From assembly GCA_047495785.1 (NCBI GenBank), contig JBLDXI010000019.1, forward strand, positions 1,550,001 through 1,614,000: a DNA stretch of 64,000 bases, given 5' to 3'. Shown here piece after piece: positions 24,377 through 36,600 of the stretch. How positions within the stretch are numbered: position 1 is the stretch's first letter; the number at the start of each line of letters is the position of its first letter. Origin of the DNA: Lepidodermella squamata (taxonomy: Eukaryota; Animalia; Gastrotricha). Position numbers and translations under genes: made by a program. The notes beneath the pieces were generated by a model. It did no database searches. It saw nothing but the letters and a program-made list of their open reading frames with translations, and was not told the DNA's origin.

Positions 24377-24449
24377 ATTTATAGCTGCAGAAGGCCATGA
24401 CTAAACTTGAAAAGCTTATCTTATCTGCGAAAAAAATGAACATGAGTCA
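24377..24449 (-). promoter_or_regulatory. TATA box and TGAGTCA site upstream of RNase III copy C
   Basis: TATAAAT on the minus strand ~66 bp before the ATG (same spacing as copy B); TGAGTCA at 24443-24449. Confidence 0.5.
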
Positions 24450-24847
24450 GATTAATAGCCCAACTTTGAAGCTGCTGATTGTTTTCTCACTTATTCATAT
24501 TGCAATTTAAACATATATTCCATAGCCAAAATCATACAATAGCTCCTTCAGTCGTTATGTGCTGTGCTGCGAATAAACGTTGATATACCTTGACCAAGGT
24601 GACCAGTAGAAAAAGGGGCAAAACTAATATTTTACCTCAGTTTGGGCGGCTGATATCAAAGAGATATTTTTGGTAAACGTAGGCAATCCAGAAATTCGAA
24701 ATGAGTAATGCTTCCGCATTGCAGGATCAAAGTCCGCATGGTCACATGAATAGCCAGTTGCGAGTCGGTGTTTTTTCGCTTTCTGTCGTTTCGTCGTTTT
24801 CTCGCTTCGTCATCTGACTGAAAAAACTGAAAAAGAAAAAAATAATT

Positions 24848-24918
24848 GGGCTTAAAGGAGGATTCGAACCCTGGACCACTGGGTATTGACCCATGACGAG
24901 ACCACTGCGCAATAGAGC
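24848..24918 (-). pseudogene. tRNA-like Pol III element (pseudo-tRNA or tRNA-derived SINE head)
   Basis: A-box-like TTGCGCAGTGG and B-box GGTTCGAATCC at tRNA spacing, followed by a T-run. The acceptor stem pairs poorly and the anticodon arm (TGGGT-CAAT-ACCCA) has only a 4-nt loop. Confidence 0.6.
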
Positions 24919-25386
24919 TAGCTCATGATAGTTATCCTCTTCCGGCAATTTTGCATACCAAACGAACACTACTCATTAGCATTTGCTCTGTCAGTCTCGG
25001 ATAGGAAGGGCTCCTATTGTATAGTGGCCCCAACCCATGGTTCTAATCATAACGGCCCCGGGTTTGACTTGCTCATGGAAAAGCTAGAAATTGACCAGCA
25101 CTTGGAGGAGCATTGTAGCGAGATTTCCTTGTAGCGAGCTTCTTCACGGTATAACGGTGCCACGTAAAAAAAAACTAAGGTGCACGGTAGTTCTCGTGTG
25201 ATTTTTTTTATTTTTTTTGTACCCAACTATTTGTCGGGGATAGCGCGTATTCGTGTGCACATAAATGCATTTATTACAACCATCGTCACGATATTCGAAA
25301 ATTGCTCGGTACATTAGCGCGATTGTTGAAAAACTTTTAAATTAACACCCGTACCTTATCGACAACGTCGTTAAATACAAGGTTAA

Positions 25387-25552
25387 ATAACTTGGATTTA
25401 GGCTTGTATACTTCAGTTTGAAGGTCTTGGCCGCCTAATAAAAATTAAAAATTGAGTAGTTTTTTCCTTCAAAACTCGCGTAAAACGAAACTTTTTACTA
25501 CTGGCATTTATCAGCTTAGTATTTCACGCAAGCAATCCTAAATCCGAGTTAT
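25387..25552. mobile_element. Degenerate MITE-like element
   Basis: Terminal inverted repeats ATAACTTGGATTTAGG ... CCTAAATCCGAGTTAT (15/16 match) around an AT-rich interior. Confidence 0.5.
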
Positions 25553-25684
25553 CCAATGAGGCTACAGGCGCCCTTAGGGCTACGGGCAAACGGGCTAACG
25601 CGGTCAGTTGAATGGCAACTCAGATTTCGTGTGGTACTCAGAAGAATGAAACATTAACTTGTGGCATAAATAGAGAACTCTGTT

Positions 25685-27301
25685 ATGATTAAAACTTTGG
25701 AGTGCATTGCCTTTTTGCTATTTGTTGAGTTGGTACTTGCTGAATACAAGCCAACGCCGCATCAACTGGTGCCGCCTATCACTTTTGCAGCCGCATTCAA
25801 TAATGTCACCGAGATACTTCGGCTGTTGAAAAATGGCGCCGACGTTAACGAGGCTGACTGGGTCGGCCAAACTCCCCTTCATATGTACTAATAACCTCGG
25901 ATTTAATTTCTTGTTTTTAATCCTCTAAATTCAGGGCAGCGAAGTTTGGTAGGACGGAAGCTGTCGATGTGTTGCTGAAACATGGAGCGAACGCATCTGC
26001 AACTAATACAGATTACATTGAAACGCCCCTACACATAACCAGCAGAACAGGAAACAAGGAAATATGTCGAATGCTGCTACAAAACGGAGCAAACATCAAC
26101 GCTTTGGCTAAAAATCCCAACTTCCCAGGTGGGACTCCGTTAATTTACTGCGCATGGTTCTCGAATTCAGTCGAGGCAGCAACATTTCTTCTTGAAAACG
26201 GAGCTTCGACGTCAGCAGTTCGCTCTGATGGAATCACATCTCTTCACCTCGCGGTTTCGAACAACAACTTCAAAATGGCTGAACTGCTGTTGAAACATGG
26301 CGCAGATCCAAACGCGAAAGATAACATGGGGAACACGCCTCTAAACTGGCTCTCGCAACAGTCAAAGCCGCAAATACCATTGATGGCACTTCTTATCAAC
26401 AACTCAGCCGATGTGAATACCGTGAACAATGCAGGGAAAACCCCCATCCAGAACGCAGCTGATCTAAATAATTTCCCTGTCGTGCTTTTTCTATTAGAGA
26501 ATGGAGTAAAGGGGGCGAAGTCAGAGGTGATTTTCTATTTTATTTCAAACAATTTTTACTTGGATTCTGTTATAGGGAGATTTCCCTTATGTTTCCAAGC
26601 TTTCCTTTCTTGCCGCATATGGTGAAGCCCATGCAGTCGATTCATGGCTGAAGAAAAACGGCGGGTCAGCAATTGTTGACCAGAGTGATTGGTTAAACCA
26701 AACGGCTCTTCATACTGCGACCATGTTTTGCCGTCTTCAAGTTGCTGAGATTTTAATACGATACAAAGCAAATGTGAACGCAATGGATCCATCTGGTTTA
26801 ACGCCTCTGCTTCACACCGCTAAATGTGGTGACCGTTACCTATTGCAGCTTCTTATTGACTCCGGTGCTGATACAACAATTATGCATCCAGATTACGGTA
26901 GCGCCCTCGCGACGGCAGCCCAGTTTGCTAACGGATTCAGATTAGCAGTAAGAACATTAATTAAAGCTAATCCAAAGATGATTAATGTAGCAGATGCGAA
27001 GCAAGGATATACGCCGTTACATTGGGTGGCACTCCACCTGAACATGAAGATTATCGACCTGCTACTCGAAAATGGCGCTGATATTGAGGCTAGGTCAGCT
27101 AAAGGTGAAACTCCATTCAATCTCTTGATGGGCTCTAATTGCTGTTATCCGCAACTTCCAGTTGTTCAGTTTTTACTCGACAAAGGAGCAAATATCAACA
27201 GCCCTGATTCATCAGGCTGCACGCCTCTTTGTAAAGCTAAAAGAGGCGGTAAGCGGCCAGAAGTCTTACAATTTCTTATTGATCGCGGTGCAACATTTTG
27301 A
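25685..27301 (+). CDS. Ankyrin-repeat protein with N-terminal signal peptide (3 exons, roughly a dozen ANK repeats)
   Basis: MIKTLECIAFLLFVELVLA-E leader; repeated G.TPLH/LL..GADVN motifs; in-frame GT-AG introns near 25884-25934 and 26527-26575. Confidence 0.92.
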
Positions 27302-27328
27302 TTAATAAAACGTCAACTATCTTAATAT

Positions 27329-28597
27329 TTATTTTTCCGAAAATATTTGAGGTGGGCTGCATTCGCCAAAAAAGGATTTTATATCGTTGAGTTTGGTTAG
27401 TTCATTATTTTCCAGCCATAATCGTTCGCACAATTTCTTCCAGCCAAACTTGAACTCACCGAGCCTATTTAAGTAATGCGTTTTCCCGTCGAGTTCATAC
27501 CGCAGCTGATGGGTATATTGCCAGGAGAAATAGCTTGCCATCTGATTCTGATAACTCCGCTTGGCCAGATCTCGCAGCAGCTCAACCAGATTATCTATCT
27601 CCATACGGGTCGCATCGATGTAAGAACCAGGTGGTAAAATCTCACTATAAGACCCTCGACCAATGATGACAGGTATTAAGCCATGTCTGAAATTGTGGTA
27701 GAGACCCTCGAATGCTATCTCAGTCGCGAAGTCTTGGCAGAAATGATCTTCAATTGCTATGAAATACCTGAAGCGCAAAAAGAACCTCCGAACCAATCTT
27801 TCACTCTTCCAATCTTCCTCAGGGAATCGATGGCCCCAATTCTCGCTGCAGGCACCCCAAGTTTCGACTTTCAGGCCTAGCTTCTGAAGTCTTCCAATGA
27901 ATACCTTTGCTTGTGAGGAAGTCGCGTTGCAGCTTCTAGTGAACCAGATTGCATCGATCGGGCGTTTCGAGAACCCTTTCACGTAGTTTTCGATTTCGCC
28001 TTTCCTCTCGCCTGGGTTTGGCACTTCAGTAAATTTTTCAACGCGACCATATGGGAAGTAAATGTCTGCATGCAAGTGATAACTCATCAACCAATTGAAG
28101 CCTAGCTTGTTAGCCTGATTGAAATCATCTGTCTGTAAACTCAGCATATCCGGACTGTCAATTTGAAAGAAAACGTAGCGCTGCCCTGACTTTCGTTTCG
28201 CTGGCATTTTCTCACTTCGAAAGTCGTTTGCATTGAATACGAGTGCATCTGCCTCATCTAGAAGTGCTCGGTCAGTTGTAATTGTGCAGGGATATTTGTC
28301 GATTTCTCCTGAAGGTTCGTTAAGCTTTGCTGTCTTGAGCAGATCTAGCATTTCAGTCCAATCATGGCCGCGAAATTTCGTCCATAGAAGGACAATCTTT
28401 GGTTTTACGGAACTCTTTGTAGTGGCTGGGAGATGGGTGGGAGCAGTTGTCGCAACACTTGAGGGGGCAGAGTTGAAGCTCGACAGATGAGACTTGATCT
28501 TGGATCCGTTATCGTAAAAGTAGCTGAACACCAGGAAATTCACCGCCGTGAAGAAAGGAACAGTTATAAGAAAAAAACATACTCTCGGTTTGTCCAT
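27329..28597 (-). CDS. Alpha-1,3-fucosyltransferase-like (GT10) protein with degenerate catalytic motif, intronless
   Basis: Type II TM anchor; IVLLWT, CTITTDR..ADALVF, FNWLMSYH..ADIYFPYG; alpha-1,3 motif altered to FRYFIAIEDHFCQDFATEIAF. Confidence 0.88.
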   Translation of the reverse strand: MDKPRVCFFLITVPFFTAVNFLVFSYFYDNGSKIKSHLSSFNSAPSSVATTAPTHLPATTKSSVKPKIVLLWTKFRGHDWTEMLDLLKTAKLNEPSGEIDKYPCTITTDRALLDEADALVFNANDFRSEKMPAKRKSGQRYVFFQIDSPDMLSLQTDDFNQANKLGFNWLMSYHLHADIYFPYGRVEKFTEVPNPGERKGEIENYVKGFSKRPIDAIWFTRSCNATSSQAKVFIGRLQKLGLKVETWGACSENWGHRFPEEDWKSERLVRRFFLRFRYFIAIEDHFCQDFATEIAFEGLYHNFRHGLIPVIIGRGSYSEILPPGSYIDATRMEIDNLVELLRDLAKRSYQNQMASYFSWQYTHQLRYELDGKTHYLNRLGEFKFGWKKLCERLWLENNELTKLNDIKSFFGECSPPQIFSEK

Positions 28598-28829
28598 AAT
28601 ACTGAAATGCACGATGTAAATCACAATAAGGCTCACAGCACATAGATCAATAGACAACCACCAGGTTTTGTCTTATTGCGATACCTTTAAATAATTTACT
28701 GTTATGCACCGGCCACATGACTCTCACAAAAATAATTGAGTAGCTCGAGGTATTTATTTTATTGAAATTCCAAAATCGCGGTTACTCGTCTTTGGTATAA
28801 TAACGAAAAGTTCGAATAGGAAAAATGCT

Positions 28830-30170
28830 TTATCGAGGTATTGATTGTTGAGAATCATAGCACTTGCCGAGTCGAGATCTCAAATCGGAGATAGTATTCA
28901 TTTCGTAATCAGGGGTGGTCCACAACTTCCGGCAGAGGGTCTGCCAGCCAAATTTGAGACCGTAATTTCGTTTGAAGTAATGAGGGTTCAATCTGTAGTC
29001 CATCGTATACGTGAATTGCCATTGGTAGTAACTCTCTAACATATTTCGATTCTCCGGCTTTGATAATTTGAGCAGCAGCTCAGCTAATTCATTCACTTCC
29101 ATTCTAGTTGCATCGATGTAAGAACCGGGAGGTAAAAGTTTGCTGTAGTTGGCAGCGCCGAATAGGATAGGAATCATGCCATGGTTGATATTGTGGTAGT
29201 ATCCCGCAAATGCCTTTTCAGTGGCGTAATCATCACAGAATGAGTTTTCGAATCCGAGGTAAAACTTGTAACGCTGGAAAAACGCAGCAACCTTTGCTTC
29301 GCTAGTCCACTCTGCATCGGGGCGCTTGTAACCGTTTTCGCCGCAGTTACCCCACCGGTCCATTTTAAAGCCAACCTTCTTCAAGTTATCGAAAAATTCG
29401 TCCCGTTTCGAAGCTGAATTGCAGTGGGAGACCATCCAAAAACCATCTCTGGGGCGGACATGGAAGCTGTCGACGAAATGGTTGATTTTATCTGCGACAG
29501 CTTTTCGATCAACCTCAATCATCTCAGACGGACGAATATCGACAGAGCCGTAGGGAAAATAAACGTCTGCACTAGGTCTGTAGTTCATCACCCAATTGAA
29601 GCCTGCATGATCAGCAGCTTGATATGAATCCTCGTTCAAGCCGCTGTTTAATGGCGACTCTAGCCCATACATGACCCAACGCTGCCAGCTGTAACGAGTT
29701 TGCGGAAAATCGACTCCTCTGAAATCACGCGTGTGAAAAATGACTGCCGATGCTTCTTTCAATTTAGATTTATCGCTCGTCATCAAACACTTGTACTGGC
29801 CATTTGCATTGAAGCCATCCGGGTCGTAAATTTGCCCAGAAAATGATATGACTGGTGAATTTTCATTTAGCTCAAGAAATTCTCGCCAGTCTGGGTCGCC
29901 AAAGTATTTCGTCCACAGCAGAATCACCTTCTCCCGCGGATTCGGGTTAGCATGTGGTTCATTTGGCGTATCAGTGGAAGCTCCTTGTAACGCGTTGAAG
30001 ACGAAAGATGTGACATGCAGATGTAGTTTGGTCAGGTCAAACCCGTAATGAACAATGGCAAGATTGATCAACGTGAAAGTCGGCAGCAGGATAAGGAATA
30101 CGCGCGATTTGGTGCATGTCGATGACCATTTCGATGAATTCTCTATGTCATTACGCGGAGAAAGTTTCAT
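28830..30170 (-). CDS. Alpha-1,3-fucosyltransferase (GT10), intronless
   Basis: Type II TM anchor; VILLWT, AVIFH, GLESP, FNWVMNYR, WMVSHC..KR, YKFYLGFENSFCDDYATEK, LLPPGSYID. Confidence 0.93.
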   Translation of the reverse strand: MKLSPRNDIENSSKWSSTCTKSRVFLILLPTFTLINLAIVHYGFDLTKLHLHVTSFVFNALQGASTDTPNEPHANPNPREKVILLWTKYFGDPDWREFLELNENSPVISFSGQIYDPDGFNANGQYKCLMTSDKSKLKEASAVIFHTRDFRGVDFPQTRYSWQRWVMYGLESPLNSGLNEDSYQAADHAGFNWVMNYRPSADVYFPYGSVDIRPSEMIEVDRKAVADKINHFVDSFHVRPRDGFWMVSHCNSASKRDEFFDNLKKVGFKMDRWGNCGENGYKRPDAEWTSEAKVAAFFQRYKFYLGFENSFCDDYATEKAFAGYYHNINHGMIPILFGAANYSKLLPPGSYIDATRMEVNELAELLLKLSKPENRNMLESYYQWQFTYTMDYRLNPHYFKRNYGLKFGWQTLCRKLWTTPDYEMNTISDLRSRLGKCYDSQQSIPR

Positions 30171-30670
30171 CTTGCTGCCAAGACTTTTGCGACTCCATTG
30201 TTATCAGCCGACAATTCGCAAGTTTCGCCATAAAAAATAGATGAGCCGAATCGACAATGCGGTGAGTCAACAGGACTGTCGTTTTTTCCATGTTTCACTG
30301 TTAATTGGCTGCTTTTATTATTCATGCCAGCGTAACGATATGGGCGGTTCGATAACCCATCGATATACCTCCTGCGTCATTGTAATGCGCGAGTGCACAA
30401 AATAAAACAACGCAATTTTATTGTCAAACTGCAATATCAAAGACAATTATGCACTCAATGTTACAGTCTCGAGGCATGAGAGCTACGAGGCTACGTCTCA
30501 TGGGCCAGGTGTCTCAGGAACCTCATCTCTGAATATTTCTTATTCAACTTAGGTTCCTGGTCAATGGGCGAGGCATTCGAAATTTGCAACACAATAATAT
30601 TATCACAGTATCACAGCAAAATCTCAGCTACATAGATGTTAAAGTTATTACTCTGTTTCAAACAGTTTGT

Positions 30671-33600
30671 TTAGAAGACCAATATTTCAGCCACTGGGAT
30701 AGAGTTAGGAATCGAGACCATCGATCTATAGATGAAAACGTAGCGGCCAGTGGTTGGGGTCAAACACCACAGTGTCGTCATCCCACCCGATGTAAAAATG
30801 GTCGGATCGACCGAGTCGCAATATTTAGCCGCCGCAATGTCAGTCGAGTTTCCAACCTTGAGATCCAGGCTTGCAATCTGCGTCTCGGTCATGTCATTGC
30901 TGAAAACGATGACCAGACGAGTAACAGGACTGATCGTCCCCAGATCAAAGTAAGCAAACTGTCCGGCTGTGTCGAACGCCAGCGAGTTGGCTGCAGATCC
31001 CTGAACCTCTCCGTCGGTAGCTTTGGGTGCATTGCCTGAAGAGGCAAAAGTTCCTCCGCCAAGATTGGCCCTTCGATTCTGTGCCAGGCTGATGGCTGCA
31101 TCGCTGTTAGCTGAAACCTCGCATAAAGCCAAATCAAGCGATGGAGAACTTGCTGCAATAGTAAGGAAACGGCCCTTTGCACCCGGTTTGCATCTCAAGC
31201 GCAAAGTTGCGCCCGTGTAAGAAGCTGCTGCGAAGGTGCTGCAGACCTGATCACCTGGGCTGCTTGATGAGTTCGAATAAGTGACAGTGATCGGAGGCAT
31301 CACAGGCAAAGAATCATAGTTAACTACAGATGGTATCTATCAATATCATGCCAAGTAAAAAGGTCAGGTTTCTTACCGTCACATCCCTTGACCCCAAACC
31401 GACCAACCATGTTCGTGTTGTAATCCTGAGGATGGAACCGAACAAATTTCGCGATGAAAGGCCCAACTGGATTCTCGACAATCGTACTTTGGTCAGTATT
31501 GCCTTTGATCAGCTAAAGCACAGCATAAAACGTATATCGAAGCAAGTCGAAGAGAAGGGCTTACTTTCAAGAATCCGTCTCTGTCACGCTCCCCGTTCCA
31601 ATTCTGCCCATCGCGGCTGTATCTGAAGAAGTAAGTCGAGGTCCACCCGGCCCCGTTCGATCCTTGAGTAACAGCTTTTGTGACCTTTTTCAGTGAAGTC
31701 AGCTGAGCCTGCCACCAAACGTGGGTATTAGCCGGGATCGCAGGAACACCGGGCTGTATTGCAGCCCAGTACCCTGCACTGCCAATATATCCTCGATACG
31801 CTTCATTGCCGCCTACTTGATTGAAAGCTGTTATTTGAGAATCTGGAACATCGGCTAGCAGATCGGCTCCGCAAATCGGAACTAAAATTCAACATTCAAT
31901 GAAACAACTAAATGGCAGCAAGCTGTTTACGATCGCATCCAAATAACTTGACTCTCATGCAGACATTTTGGTACCAGTTGTTCGGCAAAATCCGCAAGTA
32001 CATAGTATCGATTTCAGGAATTAAGCGAGTATGAACTCCTCTGCTCACGTCTCCATTGTTGCCGCGGAATAACTATAAACAGAAAATTGATGTAAAATGA
32101 CAAACACAATACTGTATTGCAACTGACTAAATTGGAACCAGTCACTTTGTCCAAATAATAAGCCCAGTTAGCGGCGGTGCTTTCAGCTCGAGCAGCTGTC
32201 TGAACGTAGTAGTCCATAACATAACAGTCAGCAATTGCTTTATCAGAGCTGCCTCTAATAGCGATGGCATTAAGACGTTTGATAGTCGGAAAAGTAAACT
32301 ATAGATACATATGTTTTTAAGAAGAAACGTAGCTGATGTGGATTTTACCTGTAACCAGGAATTTGCATTAGTCACTGGTCTCCAGCAGCAGGCCTTGCCT
32401 GATGCAAATACATTCTCGAAACTTCTGGCGAGCTCTGGATTCCAGTTGTAGCCAGCGGTCGCCGTTGCATAAGAAGAGGCGGTAATTGACGAGTCAGGAA
32501 CTAAAAAGTGAATTTCACCACGGCATTGCCTTGGTTCGTATTGCGTCGGGAAGGGGCAACCATTCATCATTTCATTGATCTCTTCAGATGAGAGAGCATG
32601 TTTGAAAATTCGAATGCATTGGAAACAAGCGTTCAAGTAGTTGCTATTCCATGGGACATAGCCGAATGTGGCATAAATCTGCCCTTGTAGCACACAGTTC
32701 TGTGCTGATTGCACATCAATTGGAACGCCGTTGATGAAGATGATGCTAGCGCCGCCAACTGGATCATGCACATGAGCGTAGTGGAACCAAACTCCAGGTT
32801 GCAAATTTGATACAGAATCTTTGCAGCCTCTAGGCGATGCGGGTGCTGCCCAAGTATTGTCGCTCGCACATTTCGAGTTACCATCGATACAGTAAGTTGA
32901 ACCTGAGAGTTGGTAGAAGTTCGAACCGGTAATCTGAATATTTTTTAATATATTTTTAAATTTTTCGCCCTGGTATTTTTTACCGTGGCACTGTTGTTGT
33001 GCAGATGAAATATGGGCGTTCCGGAAACAAAGTTATTGATTTTGATCTGCAATTTTAGCAAATTTTGCCTTGATTTAGTTCAGAGATGCGAAATCTAACC
33101 CAAAACATAATCGTAAAGCGGTAGTTGACTGATATACTTGCGTCAATCGTTGCTTTCATGTACTGATTGTAAGCAGGGTTGATACAGAGGGAATGCTCGG
33201 GGTAGTCTTTCTGATATGGCGGCGAACCTCCCCAAGTACAGCCGTTCATGCATTGCAGATTAGGGCCAGTTGATGGCCGTGTCACGTCTTGTAAACTTGT
33301 CAGTGAAGGGCAATAGAAGTTGCTTGTTCCGGACCAAACTGCTACAGCCTTATATTCGGAGGCTATTGAAATAGTGATAGTCGCAGCACTAATTTTAGCG
33401 AATTCTACTTACGAATTGTTAATGGACATGTTCGTACCATATTCACATGCCTCTGGCTCAAAGCTCGGTCATAGATGTTGAGGCAAGCTATTTTGCCAGT
33501 GATACCTCCAACAACAATGAACTGCCCGCTTTGAGGGTTGATGCCACAGCTATCTGGAACCACTCCACTAGCAATCGGGTGTCCCTCGATGTAAAACGTT

Positions 33601-36600
33601 AGGAATTTAGTCAAATGGTCGTAGGTGAACCCGACATAATAAATATAACTCATGGCGATGAGGGCAGTTCCTGTCACGGAAAAGGGCGATGAGCCACAAG
33701 GGAAACTGACTTCATGAGTCGTCGCAGACTTGAATAGTTCAATTTTCCATTTGAAATCATTAGTGTTAGTTTTCAGTGAGCCGAAGATACACGGAGTTGC
33801 GCCACATTGAATATAATGAAAAAATGAGAACGACTTTGATAGTTTCGCAAAAAGCGAGGACTGCTGCAGATTGAACGATATTGAAGTGGTTATTTGATAG
33901 GCTGACCTTAGAAAGTTCTTCATGTTCGTAATTGAGAAAGAACCAGCGAGAGCGGCATTAAACCCGTTTCCACTCTGATCATTTTCCCCTGTTATGTTGT
34001 CAAAGTAAATGGAGACGACAGGTCTTGGAAAGTCTGAATAAAGGTATGATAAAGGTTTGCGACTGTAAACATTCGAATCTTACCAGCCCATGGACATCTT
34101 AAGGCTGCGTTTATTTCTGATTTGGTCAACAGTCGATTGTACCATTGCATGCAAAAGACCCACATGTCGACTGTTGGACGATCGTCTATACAGCGTGCTC
34201 GCCAGGTTCCAACGAAAAAGGAGTCTCGAGCGTATCGAACAAAATCCATCGGAGCTATGAAATCAGTATCAATTTCGCCGTTGTAGTACCAAGTTAGTCT
34301 AGATGTTGATGCTTCGTAGGTCCAGCCAATGTTCACCCATGTATTTAGCGGGGGAGTTGGTGGTGTAGCACCGACGTAAACCGGAGCTCCGACTTCAGCG
34401 TTTGGACGAAAAAATCTCCCTCTGTAATTTCCGCATTTAGCGCTCATACTGAATGCAATTACGACAGCAACTCACCCATTATAAACAAACCAAAGATGTA
34501 GCCCTTGGGGAATAAAACAATATACACAATCCCATTTTGAATCTCAGAATAGGACAAACCATAAGTTGCGAAACCCTGGGAGATGTCGGCCCAGTTAACG
34601 ATGCTCATTTCCAAAAACGCGGAAGTTCTGATCCAGACAAAGAATGAGTGATCACCGGGAACACCAATAACCTGATGCCAAGTAAAATATATTGATATTG
34701 CCTATTAATTAAACGCAAATTCTCAAACCTGATTATGAGCGGCGGCATACATGAAATTTTCGCCATCTGGAATTCTTGAAGCTCCATTCACTCGTCCGAA
34801 TGGATCAGTGACAAAATTTATCGACTGAGAGTAATGTATATGATTTCCATTTCCTGACATATCTTGACCACGGCTGAAAATGTCGAACAGCCAGAGACCG
34901 GCCGGGCTCAATTCTTGCTCCATCAAAGGAGTTATCTCAATGTGAGAAATATTTTTCACAGAGCCCAAATCAATATTGATGTACCCAGTTTCTGGTGGCG
35001 ATGCAACGATTCGGCTACAAGTATCCATCCTACCATCCACAAGTGTCGATACGGCTTTGTGGTATACAGTTTGGTTGTTTGTAACAACTGACGTCGCAGG
35101 GCTTGTAACACTGGCCAAGAATGATTGTGCCTCGAAGTTGTAACACCCCAAAACTTCGATTCTCATGCAGCTGAACTGGCCAATGATGTCGCGTGGGTAG
35201 AACCGAATTTTCCGAGCAACAATTGGGTAATCGAAGTAGTTGAACATTGCTTGACTCGGACTTGACGATCCCTGAAAAATTGTTTTCCCTAGCAAATCGG
35301 TCAGCGAAATCCAATCGATTCCAGCATCGTTCAAATAAGCAACGGAGTAGGTCGTCACATAATTTGAACCAGTTACACATCCCTGATCAAGCAAATTGTA
35401 ATTGGTTACCGCCCTTGTCATCAAGGAACTCACTTGTATCGCTGCTCCAGTGACGTAGCGATTTTTTAGGAAGTCAACTTCTAAATAAACATCAGATCTG
35501 TGTGGGGTATTCTCAGCCCATGATCCCCTTTGTGACAGTAATCTGCCATATGCAGGAAAATAAGGATTGTCATTTTTTGTCGAAGTTGCTGTCAGCTGGT
35601 TGTCAGCGATGTCGAAGGAGTGAATACCGAGAGGGCCTGAAAATGCCATGCATCAATGAATTTTACTAAAGATGGGCTCATACTTCGACATTGGGAGTTG
35701 CAGCCGTAGATTGCAACGCGAAGGCAAGGATAAGTGTTGTACAAGATTGGTAAGAACTTGACCCATCGGGTCAACATCGGCCGCCAAAGTTTCCTCGTTA
35801 CAACAGTTAAGCGGTCAGAATTACCTATGAACGTCTAGAAAGAAGGGCGATCATCGCTGAATAGATTAAAGATTCGAAACAACTTACAACTACGTTGCCA
35901 GCTTTGTCGCTGTACTGTCGCCAAACAGCTCCGGCTGGGTCCATGCTGAACTCCAAGCGGTAAGAAGTTACCCAATAAGCATTCACGTCTCCGCCAGAGG
36001 TCGCAACTTTTGTCACCCATTTCGGTGATCCAAGGTCAACGCGTAATTCACCGCCGCCATTGCAAGAACACCAGCTGTATTGCGGAGCATTCAGTCTCGC
36101 GAAAAACGGTTTCTTCAGGATTGTAATAGTTAAACGTGATAATTATTCAATCTCTGTCTACCTGAGTGTCGGACACACATGTTTGAACTCCCACAAAGGA
36201 AGTCGATGGGATTTCGTTGTTAATTACCCCAAGCTCAGTCTCGGTTGGGCAAACAACTGGAATTCGCATGTAAAGTGAGTTGTTAAGGCTCCGCAGATCC
36301 ATGTTCCTCTTCATCTGAGGAAACGTGCTAGCTTCCGGAATTGTTATCCTTACGTAGATAGCTTTGTTTGCAGAATCAACTAGGTTAAAGAAGGATGAAG
36401 AGTCTGCCTCAGCATCAATAAGATCACAGCTTTGAGTCGATGTGTCATGAACGGCAGATCGACACTTGTCATTTCCCGAACATCGAGCCATGCAAATAGC
36501 CTTACCCGCCACAGTGAAGGATGAGATCCTGTATGAAAAGGATGACGCAGAATCACGGAAAGCTGATTCAGTCTTACTTGTGATTGGCGTAAGTGTCTCC

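Noticed and set aside
24848-24918. Functional tRNA gene
   Set aside because: Acceptor stem mispaired and no 7-nt anticodon loop.
13724-30170. Bacterial or viral contamination/prophage as the source of the intronless genes
   Set aside because: They are interleaved with spliceosomal-intron genes and eukaryotic TATA/poly(A) signals; no operon structure or viral hallmark genes are visible.
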